Shown here: positions 18,069-25,982 of the stretch, one piece after another | How positions within the stretch are numbered: the stretch's first letter is position 1 | Layout of the letters: each line of letters starts with the position of its first letter | NCBI GenBank assembly: GCA_902784045.1 | Contig: CACZTE010000270.1 | Span: 1 to 36,412 of the forward strand | Direction of reading: 5' to 3' | Length of the DNA stretch: 36,412 nucleotides | Source of the DNA: an uncultured Eubacterium sp. | GTDB lineage: Bacteria > Bacillota > Clostridia > Eubacteriales > Eubacteriaceae | Notes under the pieces: model-generated | What the model was told of the DNA's origin: nothing | Databases searched by the model: none | What the model saw: the letters and a program-made list of their open reading frames with translations, nothing else | Translations under genes and position numbers: made by a program

Positions 18069-18902
18069 TCAATATGCGACAACGATGCCTCCGCGATCGG
18101 CGTATACCGTCGATAATCCGCCGGATTCAAAAATAACGATTTTCTTGAAATCGGTCAGTTCTTCAAGCTGCGATTTTAACGCTTCGGCCGTCTCTCTGGC
18201 ATTGACATGGGTAATGGCAAATATGCGGTCTTTTGATGAGTCAACTTCATCAGCAACAATCTGCGCCAGTCGTTTGAATGATTTTTTCTTTCCGCGAACT
18301 TTTTCTTTGAGTTCAATTTCACCATTGACACCCATCATAATGGGGGAGATTTTCAAAAGTTTTCCAACTAAGGCGACACCGGGCTTGATGCGTCCGTTTT
18401 TGACCAGATTATCCATACTGTTTAAGATGAAAAAAGTAGTCATGCCATGAATAAAATCACGTATAATCGGAACGATTTCTTCAGGAGTAAGGCCTTTGTG
18501 AAGCATTTCGGCAATTTTGATACCAACCAGATTTTCTCCGCAAGCGGCACTTAGACTATCAAAAACAAACACGCGGTCTCCGAAACCTTTTTCTTCGGCT
18601 AGTTGTTTAGCTGCCATGGCCGAATTGTACGAACCGCTGAGTTTACTCGAGATGGTGACAATGTAATTGTTTTTTTCGGGATCGATGGCTTTAAAAAAAG
18701 CTTCAGGAGGAGGACAAGCCGTTCCGATTCTGTTTTTCGTCATTTGCATTTTATCAATGAGCCATGTCGTATTAATATTTTCGTCAATGATTTCATTGTC
18801 GTCAATTAAAATGCTGAAAGGCACGCGAGTATACTCAATATCCGGATCAAGCATTGAATCATTAAAATCATAGCAGCTGTCGACAATAATTTTGGTTTCC
18901 AT
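18069..18902 (-). CDS. DegV-family fatty-acid-binding protein
   Basis: 277 aa. IVDSCYDF start, TACPPPEAF, SSKLSGSYNSA and the overall DegV layout. Confidence 0.9.
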   Translation of the reverse strand: METKIIVDSCYDFNDSMLDPDIEYTRVPFSILIDDNEIIDENINTTWLIDKMQMTKNRIGTACPPPEAFFKAIDPEKNNYIVTISSKLSGSYNSAMAAKQLAEEKGFGDRVFVFDSLSAACGENLVGIKIAEMLHKGLTPEEIVPIIRDFIHGMTTFFILNSMDNLVKNGRIKPGVALVGKLLKISPIMMGVNGEIELKEKVRGKKKSFKRLAQIVADEVDSSKDRIFAITHVNARETAEALKSQLEELTDFKKIVIFESGGLSTVYADRGGIVVAY

Positions 18903-18951
18903 ATCAATTCTCTCTTAATTGTTTATTATTCATTGTGATGAACGAGTATGT

Positions 18952-20262
18952 TTAAAGGGGATATTTATTATCGATTAGACGGTGCGTAAATTGTTTTTGA
19001 CTATCGGCGTAATCCGCGACAATTTGCCCGTCTCCGATTAATATATATTTATAGCTGACTAAACCGTCAAGACCAACCGGACCTCTGGCATGCAACTTGG
19101 AAGTTGAGATTCCGACTTCTGCGCCGAATCCGTAGCGATAGCCGTCCGCGAATCGTGTGGAGCAATTCACAAAGACATCGGCGGAATCGACAAGTGAACA
19201 GAAGCGCCCCGCATTGTCCATGTTTTCGGTGATGATGGCATCGGTGTGTCCGGACCCGAAAAGATTGATATGATCGATGGCTTCGTTTAAGTCATTGACG
19301 ATTTTTACAGAAAGCACATAATCTAGATATTCCGTTTTCCAATCTGTTTCCGTTGCTGTATCTGCCGAAATAATTGCGCGGACATTTTCATCGCCGATGA
19401 GGCGAACCCCCGCTTTATCAAAGGCTGCCTTGAGTTCGGGAAGGATTGAGGGAGCAACGGACCGGTGAATAAGAAGCGTCTCCATGGCGTTGCACACCGA
19501 AACATATTGGGTTTTAGCATCCAATGAGATATCGATGGCTTTTTTTAGATCGGCGTCCGCGTCAATATAAACATGGCAAATGCCATCGGAATGACCCATG
19601 ACGGGAATCCGGGTATGATCCATAATATAGCGAACAAAAGCGTTTGAACCTCTGGGGATGATGAGATCAATATAATCATCCAAATCCAAAATGGCATTGA
19701 CGTTTTCCCGGCTTTCCAGATTATAGATCCATCCTTCGGGCATTCCCGCGTTTTGAGACGCGTTGTTGATGATTTCAAACAGTTTGCGATTGGTTAACAG
19801 GGCTTCTTTGCCGCCTTTGAGCATAACGGCGTTTCCGGATTTTAAACACAGCGTGGAAATTTGAACAAAAGCATCCGGACGCGATTCAAAAATCACACCG
19901 ATTACGCCAATGGATGTCGTTACTTGATATAGATTAAGATTGATATCAAGCTCAGTCGCTTTAAGGGTTTTACCCAATGGATCTGGAAGATGAATCAGCT
20001 CGCTGATGCCTTTGATGATACCGTCAATTTTTTTATCGTCAAAACGCAAGCGTTTTAAAAGTGGATCGGAAAGATTGTCCGATTTACCTTTTTCGATATC
20101 TTTTTCGTTGGCGGCGATGATTTCGCTTCTGCTTTGATCAAGGGCATCCGCAATGGCCTGAAGGGCTCGGTTTCTTTGATCTTCGGATTTTGCCGAAAGC
20201 ATGATGCCGGCATCACGGGCTGTTTTTCCGGCTTTTTCAATGGTAGTGGCTGATGTTGCCAT
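18952..20262 (-). CDS. proA: Gamma-glutamyl phosphate reductase
   Basis: 436 aa from MATSATTIEKAGKTARDAG, with AAGGAGGA 7 nt upstream (20269-20276 on the plus strand). ProA-type aldehyde dehydrogenase with CNAMETLL catalytic Cys. The longer start in the ORF track (20355) has no RBS. Confidence 0.92.
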   Translation of the reverse strand: MATSATTIEKAGKTARDAGIMLSAKSEDQRNRALQAIADALDQSRSEIIAANEKDIEKGKSDNLSDPLLKRLRFDDKKIDGIIKGISELIHLPDPLGKTLKATELDINLNLYQVTTSIGVIGVIFESRPDAFVQISTLCLKSGNAVMLKGGKEALLTNRKLFEIINNASQNAGMPEGWIYNLESRENVNAILDLDDYIDLIIPRGSNAFVRYIMDHTRIPVMGHSDGICHVYIDADADLKKAIDISLDAKTQYVSVCNAMETLLIHRSVAPSILPELKAAFDKAGVRLIGDENVRAIISADTATETDWKTEYLDYVLSVKIVNDLNEAIDHINLFGSGHTDAIITENMDNAGRFCSLVDSADVFVNCSTRFADGYRYGFGAEVGISTSKLHARGPVGLDGLVSYKYILIGDGQIVADYADSQKQFTHRLIDNKYPL

Positions 20263-20291
20263 ATAAATCCTCCTTCTTTGCGAGAGGTGAT

Positions 20292-20317
20292 AAAAAGGAA
20301 AACCGGTATCACCGGTT
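20292..20317 (-). terminator. Intrinsic terminator (minus strand) between rlmH and proA
   Basis: The minus strand reads AACCGGTGATACCGGTT (7-bp stem, 3-nt loop; 20301-20317) followed by TTTCCTTTTT. Confidence 0.6.
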
Positions 20318-20380
20318 AAAGTTTTTGGCAATAAATCGCTTTTAATCGAAATCAAATGCTTAAAATGATTATTTTACGTT

Positions 20381-20857
20381 TTATTTGTGATAGGTTTCAT
20401 GACGGTTAATCTTAAAGGCGCGATAAATTTGTTCAAAAAGCATCAAACGAAACAACTGATGGGGAAATGTCATATCCGAAAATGATAATCGATAATTGAC
20501 AGCTTTTTTTACTTGAGGGGAGAGCCCGTAAGAACCGCCGATAATAAAAATAAATTCCGCAATGCCATTAACAGCATTGGTGTCGATCATGTTGGCGAAG
20601 GCTTCGGATGTTATTTTTTTTCCTTTTATATCCAAAGCAATACTGTATGCTTCTTTTTTAAGATGCTTTAAAATGTCCCGGCCTTCGGATTCAATGACTT
20701 TGATAATTTCGGACGGGGATTCGTTTCCGGGAGATTGATCTTTTATCTCGATAATCCTGACTTTAGCAAAACGCGAAAGACGTTTAGCGTATTCGTTAAC
20801 CCCGTCCTGCAAATATTTTTCTTTTAGTTTGCCGACGGCAATAATTGTGATTTTCAA
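20381..20857 (-). CDS. rlmH: 23S rRNA (pseudouridine1915-N3)-methyltransferase RlmH (SPOUT)
   Basis: 158 aa. MKITIIAVGKLKEKYL...YAKRL start, and the C-terminal IGGSYGL...SFSDMTFPHQL.R..L.EQIYRA signature. Confidence 0.93.
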   Translation of the reverse strand: MKITIIAVGKLKEKYLQDGVNEYAKRLSRFAKVRIIEIKDQSPGNESPSEIIKVIESEGRDILKHLKKEAYSIALDIKGKKITSEAFANMIDTNAVNGIAEFIFIIGGSYGLSPQVKKAVNYRLSFSDMTFPHQLFRLMLFEQIYRAFKINRHETYHK

Positions 20858-20869
20858 TGACGCGGCAAA

Positions 20870-21028
20870 TTAAAAACGAAAACCGTACATGGCAATCATA
20901 CCGATAATCAGTGCACCGGCTAAAACCAAAGCACCGATACGATAGACAGTTTTGGTGCTGCCTTTTTCTTTATATTCGCGTTTTTCTTTTGTGTAATTGC
21001 TGTTTTTTCTTTTTTTCTTTTTAGCCAT
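20870..21028 (-). CDS. Small (52 aa) Lys-rich protein with one C-terminal transmembrane helix
   Basis: MAKKKKRKNSNYTKEKREYKEKGSTKTVYRIGALVLAGALIIGMIAMYGFRF. AAAGGAAAAATC lies upstream of the ATG at 21028, and the stop is 12 nt upstream of the rlmH start. No family recognised. Confidence 0.5.
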   Translation of the reverse strand: MAKKKKRKNSNYTKEKREYKEKGSTKTVYRIGALVLAGALIIGMIAMYGFRF

Positions 21029-21201
21029 GATTTTTCCTTTCTTAATATCATTCTGAATATTGTATAGACAAAAGCTTAATTTTGTCTGACAAACAGTTAT
21101 TTGATTTTGATGAAGAATCAAAAACTCGACATCAAAGAGAAAAACTGTTATCTGTAGTTCGCTTTCCGAAGCGCGGTTGCATTGTAATTGACGAGGATGT
21201 G

Positions 21202-21786
21202 TTAATTATCTTTGTTTTCCTTTTTATCCTGATGATCTTCGGGGAACAATTCAGGATGCTGTTCACGGTATTCTCTGCGCATCTCTTCAACGATCCGTTT
21301 GGTTTCTTCTTCCTCATCGATTTCGTTTTGACGAAGCATGGCGACATACTCAGAAAACATTTCGGGGGCTTTGGCTTTTTCGCCGTCTTCAAGTTTTTCT
21401 CCGTAACTATCAGCGAAAATAGCGCGTTCTGACGGTCCTTCAAAGTCAATGGCAACTACACCTTGGTGAAGTCCGAGAAGCATTTCGCCACCAGCCACCA
21501 TGATTTGCAGCGTTTTTCCCACTGCGGAAGCTTTGAGTCCCGATGTGGCGGGACCGGTCCATTGCATACCGTCATAACGGGGCATGATATGTCCCCATCG
21601 TTGCATAAAATCATATTCCGCTTTGGCATTATCCACATCAATCATCGTGAGACCAACGGTTGTATCGGGTGCATAGAGCGAAACGATGCCGTTTTTGATG
21701 CGGCTTTCCGTGATATATTCTTTAACAATATCGGTGATATCTTTTAAATTATCTTTCTTTGTAAAAGAAATTAATAATTTTTTCAT
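21202..21786 (-). CDS. Divergent YjbQ/UPF0047-like protein with an acidic C-terminal extension
   Basis: 194 aa with a strong RBS (AAGGAG). The first ~130 aa align by eye with E. coli YjbQ (..ITD.V......I..G.v.lya.dTT.gLt..d.. and ..lKas.vG.tl.i.V..G....G..QGv.....eGp..R). The last ~65 aa are highly charged (EIDEEEETKRIVEEMRREYREQ...). Confidence 0.45.
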   Translation of the reverse strand: MKKLLISFTKKDNLKDITDIVKEYITESRIKNGIVSLYAPDTTVGLTMIDVDNAKAEYDFMQRWGHIMPRYDGMQWTGPATSGLKASAVGKTLQIMVAGGEMLLGLHQGVVAIDFEGPSERAIFADSYGEKLEDGEKAKAPEMFSEYVAMLRQNEIDEEEETKRIVEEMRREYREQHPELFPEDHQDKKENKDN

Positions 21787-21805
21787 AAATCTCCTTAAAA
21801 AATAC

Positions 21806-21834
21806 TTGATTTAAAAACAAAACTATATTACAAT
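21806..21834 (+). promoter_or_regulatory. Candidate sigma-A promoter for tRNA-Pro
   Basis: TTGATT (21806-21811), 17-nt spacer, TACAAT (21829-21834), about 30 nt upstream of the mature tRNA 5' end. Confidence 0.5.
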
Positions 21835-21867
21835 AAATTTCGTTGATTTGCAACAGAATAATTCAAT

Positions 21868-21944
21868 CGGGGTGTGGCTCAGTTTGGTAGAGCGCATGGT
21901 TCGGGACCATGAGGCCGGAGGTTCAAATCCTCTCACTCCGACCA
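21868..21944 (+). tRNA. tRNA-Pro (anticodon CGG), CCA encoded
   Basis: Manual cloverleaf: acceptor CGGGGTG/CACTCCG (with G4-U69), D arm GCTC/GAGC, anticodon stem CATGG/CCATG, loop TTCGGGA, T arm GGAGG-TTCAAAT-CCTCT, discriminator A, CCA. Confidence 0.93.
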
Positions 21945-21958
21945 TTTCAAAAATGCGG

Positions 21959-21987
21959 CGGCAGACTGTGATAGTCTGTCGTTTTTT
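21959..21987 (+). terminator. Intrinsic terminator after tRNA-Pro
   Basis: Stem CGGCAGACT / AGTCTGTCG (9 bp including one G-U), loop GTGAT, then TTTTTT (21982-21987). Confidence 0.75.
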
Positions 21988-22148
21988 GATATCCTCTAAA
22001 ACCACAATATCAGGATTGGATAGTGGATTAAAATATGACCGAATGAAACAAGACAGAATGATGACGGGCAATAGCTAAGCATAATACTTTTGTTTTGTAC
22101 ACATGGCCGAATGTATATTTGTTTTCTTTCAAAATACGGAGATGATGA

Positions 22149-23561
22149 ATGAATAATACAAATGACCTTTATAATTTGAATGTTTTAAAAGAATTATCGC
22201 CCGAAGACATTTTCGAGGGAGGAATCGGAATCGAACGGGAAGGGCTCCGAGTCAATCATAACGGAGAATTGGCCCTGACACCCCATCCCCAATTCTTCGA
22301 GCCAAAATTAACAAATCCTTATATAACGACGGATTTTTCCGAAAGTCAAATCGAAATTGTGACCCCGACTGGCGCGTCTCCCGAAGAAACCTACAATATG
22401 CTTTCGGCGTTAACGACAGCGGTTCATAAAAACTTACGCGAAGGAGAACTCTATTGGCCTCAATCCGTCCCCGGCATTGTTCCCGATGATGACACTATCC
22501 CCATCGCGGATTACGGAGAAGGAGAGGACGCCAAAAAGGCGATGGCCTATCGTGAAGGCCTCGCGAAACGTTACGGCAAAAAGAAACAGTTGATTTCGGG
22601 AATTCATTTTAATTTTTCTTTTTCCGATAACACGATTAAAAAACTCTGGAAAACGCATTGCCCGGAAATGAGTTTCAAAGATTACAAAGACGGCGTCTAT
22701 TTAAAAATTGTCCGTAACTATTTGCGATACCGTTGGTTTGTCATCTATTTGATGAGCGCTTCTGTCGGGGCGGATGATAGTTTTACGTCAACCTGTTTAT
22801 CATCTCTTTCACGAAGTGACGGTCACGGTGCTTCATATTGGAAATACGGCGTGTCCCTTCGCAATTCAGACTGCGGATATAAAAATATCAATCCGTTGTT
22901 TCCGCGGTATGACAGCGTCGCGCATTTTACATCTGATATCCGGGCATACATTAAAGGTGGTTTGCTTTCCGAGGCGAAAGAGCTTTACACGCAGATTCGG
23001 ATGAAACCGAAAGATGTCGGAAATCTATTGGATTCTTTGGAACAAGACGGCATACAATACGTTGAAATGCGCACCATTGATTTAAATCCCTTTGATCCCT
23101 GCGGTATTGCAAAAAACGATATTGCTTTTATGCGCTTGCTGATGGTCTATCTGTTTGTTACGCCCGAAACGCCGTATGAAAATTGGCAAATTGAGGGACT
23201 CACCAACGAAAACAGCGTGTCAACCCGCGGATTGGATCCGGGACTCGGATTACAGCGTGATGGTGTGTCAATTAACTTTTTCTCATGGGCAAAACAAATC
23301 ATCAGAGATCTTCAATTCATTAACCGGGAATTAAATTTAGGTTGCGGTGAAATTATAAAAGAAGCTGCCAACCGTATTGATTATCCCGACAGAACATATG
23401 CTCAGCGTTTGATGGATTTAATCGCGAACAAAGGCTATATTAACGGCCATTTGGAACTGGCGGAATCTTATCATCAGGATTTTATTTCCCGCGGTTATCC
23501 CGACGATGCGACAATCCAAAAGATGCTGGATCAAACATTTACCGGAGGACATACACTTTGA
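22149..23561 (+). CDS. gshA: Glutamate--cysteine ligase (GshA type)
   Basis: 470 aa. GIEREGLRV...HP and YITTDFSESQIEIVTP match the E. coli GshA N-terminal signature (GLERE.LRV, ITTDFAE.LLEFITP). Also has ISGIHFNFS. Confidence 0.85.
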   Translation: MNNTNDLYNLNVLKELSPEDIFEGGIGIEREGLRVNHNGELALTPHPQFFEPKLTNPYITTDFSESQIEIVTPTGASPEETYNMLSALTTAVHKNLREGELYWPQSVPGIVPDDDTIPIADYGEGEDAKKAMAYREGLAKRYGKKKQLISGIHFNFSFSDNTIKKLWKTHCPEMSFKDYKDGVYLKIVRNYLRYRWFVIYLMSASVGADDSFTSTCLSSLSRSDGHGASYWKYGVSLRNSDCGYKNINPLFPRYDSVAHFTSDIRAYIKGGLLSEAKELYTQIRMKPKDVGNLLDSLEQDGIQYVEMRTIDLNPFDPCGIAKNDIAFMRLLMVYLFVTPETPYENWQIEGLTNENSVSTRGLDPGLGLQRDGVSINFFSWAKQIIRDLQFINRELNLGCGEIIKEAANRIDYPDRTYAQRLMDLIANKGYINGHLELAESYHQDFISRGYPDDATIQKMLDQTFTGGHTL

Positions 23562-24286
23562 GAACTGACTATACCACCGAAAGACGCGTTGCGTGTTATG
23601 ACTGCCTGGGAAATCACCTGATTTCCCCGGTACGAATTCTTGACTATTTTCAACAGAGCAGTCATGAACAGAGTGAAGTTCTGGGTGTTGGACAGGATTT
23701 TTTGATATCGTCCGAACTCAGCTGGGTGCTCATCAAATATCATGTCGATTTTTTCAGTTATCCAGCCTGCGATGATAATGTGACGGTTTTAACTGAAGCG
23801 AAATCCGTTAAAGGCTTTTTTTCTCAGCGCCGTTTTGCCCTTTTTAATGCCGGCGGAGAAATTCTTGCCGACGCGAAAACACAATGGGCTATGCTTGACA
23901 GAAAAACAGGTGAGATGGTTCGCTTAGAGCAAATTTCGGAAAATGATAAATACGGTGTCACGGGAAACGCTTTTCCTTACCGGTTTAAAAAGATTAAAAA
24001 AATTGACGATGTAACTTTTACGGATAGCGTAAAAGTATTAATCGGCGACATTGATTTTAACGGACATGTCAACCACGTCAACTATTTTGATTGGGCATTG
24101 TCGCCGGTCGCAACCCGATTGGCAAAAGGGGAGCAGGTTAAAACCCTCGATATTTACTTTAAACAACAGGCTTTTTTGGGAGATGTTTTGACCATTCGGG
24201 GGGTAATGACCAGAGATAACACGCTTCGAGCGGATATTGTCAGAGATGACGAGATTATCTGCGAAAATCTGATTGTCTTGGCATAA
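23558..24286 (+). CDS. Acyl-ACP thioesterase family protein (double hot-dog)
   Basis: 242 aa. ...RVACYDCLGNHLISPVRILDYFQQSSHEQSEVLG resembles the N-termini of bacterial FatA/B-like thioesterases, and DIDFNGHVNHVNYFDWAL marks the second hot-dog domain. The TTG start at 23558 overlaps the gshA stop (cTTTGA), and GGAGGA lies 8 nt upstream. Confidence 0.72.
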   Translation: MRTDYTTERRVACYDCLGNHLISPVRILDYFQQSSHEQSEVLGVGQDFLISSELSWVLIKYHVDFFSYPACDDNVTVLTEAKSVKGFFSQRRFALFNAGGEILADAKTQWAMLDRKTGEMVRLEQISENDKYGVTGNAFPYRFKKIKKIDDVTFTDSVKVLIGDIDFNGHVNHVNYFDWALSPVATRLAKGEQVKTLDIYFKQQAFLGDVLTIRGVMTRDNTLRADIVRDDEIICENLIVLA

Positions 24287-24429
24287 AACCCATTATGATT
24301 ATTTTTTTGAAAAGAGCGGACAAGATGCTTTTTTTGAAATACATTGATAAAACCCGTCGTGAAACCCTTGAGTTTTAATGGGATTTGTAGAATAATAAGC
24401 ATGAATTTAGATAAAAAAGGAGATAATTA

Positions 24430-25629
24430 ATGGATAATCACGCTGCGATTGAGCAAGCCAAAGAACACTTTGGAAAGATTATTGAAGATCAGCTGTTAAG
24501 AATCGAAAATATGAAAAATGAAGGTGATTTTGTCGATTATCAAAATAAAGACGAAATCGTCATCGGTGTTGTCGGCGGTGACGGCATTGGCCCCTTCATC
24601 ACCAAGGAAGCCGAAAAAGTGCTTGCTTTCTTGCTGAAAGACGATATTGACGCAGGAAAAATAAAATTAAAAGAAATTGATGGTTTAACCATTGAAAACC
24701 GTATTAAATGCGGCAAAGCGATTCCAGATGATGTCATGGAAGAATTAAAAGCCTGCGACGTCATTCTCAAAGGACCGACGACCACACCGCGTAAGGGCGA
24801 CGGCATGCCCAATATCGAAAGCGCCAATGTCGCGATGCGAAAAGCGCTTGATTTGTTTGCCAATGTACGCCCGGTTTCCGTTCCGGAAAAAGGCATCGAT
24901 TGGACATTCTACCGCGAAAACACCGAAGGCGGCTACGCAGTCGGCAGTCAGGGAATCAATGTCAATGATGATCTTGCCATCGATTTTACTGTTGCGACCC
25001 AGGGCGGAAGCGAACGAATCATTCGCGCAGCCTTTGAGTATGCCAAAAACTCCGGAAAAAACAAAGTGACGGTGGTAACCAAAGCCAATGTTATTAAAAC
25101 CACTGATGGCAAATTCCTCGATACAGCGAAAAAAATCGCCGAAGAATATCCTGAAGTTGAAATGGACGACTGGTATATTGATATCATGACGGCAAAACTT
25201 GTCGATGAAAAACGCAGAACACAATTTAAAGTGCTTGTACTGCCTAATCTTTACGGAGATATCTTAACCGATGAAGCTGCCGAATTCCAAGGCGGTGTCG
25301 GCACAGCCGGTTCCGCCAATATCGGCAAGCGCTACGCGATGTTTGAAGCCATTCACGGTTCCGCGCCGCGGATGGTAGATGAAGGCCGTGCTCAATACGC
25401 TGATCCCTGCAGCATTATTCGCGCTGCGGGAATGCTTCTTGATCATATCGGCTATTCAGAAGAAGCGAAAAGGCTGCAAATGGCCCTCGATATCTGCGGA
25501 CAATATGAGAAAAAACTTGTACTCACAGGAAGAGATACCGGAGCTACCGGTGCCGAGTATGCTGAATATCTGATGGAAACCCTTTCCCGCGAAGATCTGA
25601 TTGAAGTGTACAACAGCTATCAAAAATAA
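24430..25629 (+). CDS. Isocitrate/isopropylmalate dehydrogenase family protein (beta-decarboxylating dehydrogenase)
   Basis: 399 aa. GGDGIGPFIT and NLYGDILTDEAAEFQGGVGTAGSANIG are family signatures. Strong RBS (AAAGGAGA). Substrate not assignable (isocitrate, homoisocitrate or tartrate). Confidence 0.8.
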   Translation: MDNHAAIEQAKEHFGKIIEDQLLRIENMKNEGDFVDYQNKDEIVIGVVGGDGIGPFITKEAEKVLAFLLKDDIDAGKIKLKEIDGLTIENRIKCGKAIPDDVMEELKACDVILKGPTTTPRKGDGMPNIESANVAMRKALDLFANVRPVSVPEKGIDWTFYRENTEGGYAVGSQGINVNDDLAIDFTVATQGGSERIIRAAFEYAKNSGKNKVTVVTKANVIKTTDGKFLDTAKKIAEEYPEVEMDDWYIDIMTAKLVDEKRRTQFKVLVLPNLYGDILTDEAAEFQGGVGTAGSANIGKRYAMFEAIHGSAPRMVDEGRAQYADPCSIIRAAGMLLDHIGYSEEAKRLQMALDICGQYEKKLVLTGRDTGATGAEYAEYLMETLSREDLIEVYNSYQK

Positions 25630-25677
25630 AGATTTCCTTTTCCGACTTTTGAATTAGTCCTCAAATGTTGGACAATT

Positions 25678-25712
25678 CAGCGTAGCAGTTAAAAAATTGC
25701 TGCGCTGTTTTT
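25678..25712 (+). terminator. Intrinsic terminator after the dehydrogenase gene
   Basis: Stem CAGCGTAGC (25678-25686) / GCTGCGCTG (25699-25707), including one G-U, 12-nt loop, then TTTTT. Confidence 0.6.
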
Positions 25713-25982
25713 AAAGAAGAGAGATGATATCAGAATTGAAACGTTCCAATCATTGTATTGGTTTATTGTCATGAAAAATTGTTTTGAAATATACATTGAG
25801 AATCATTTCGCAGACACCAGCCGTTAAACATTTCAATGTGTCTGGCATCATGAAAATTAAGACAATGAAATTATTCATGAAAAAAATTTGCAAATTATGA
25901 AAATTAATAATAAAATATAAAAAACGTTGTTTATTGACAACTTATTTCAAAGAACAAATAAAGTAAAGATATAAGGAGAACC

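Noticed and set aside
18952-20262. proA without an adjacent proB as an anomaly.
   Set aside because: proB may be encoded elsewhere in the genome, and this cannot be evaluated from the window.
21823-22078. ORFs overlapping tRNA genes: 21823..22071(-), 21848..22078(+), 35807..36043(-), 35830..36033(-).
   Set aside because: They are translations through tRNA-Pro, tRNA-Leu and tRNA-Gly sequences and their terminators.
21868-24430. tRNA-Pro as the integration site of a small gshA-thioesterase island.
   Set aside because: I found no direct repeat of the tRNA 3' end downstream, no integrase, and no compositional break relative to the neighbours.
25771-25906. Repeated ATGAAAAWT boxes as a CRISPR-like or tandem-repeat array.
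   Set aside because: The units are 9-13 nt with irregular spacing of 12-79 nt. There is no repeat-spacer architecture and there are no cas genes. They are treated instead as possible operator sites.
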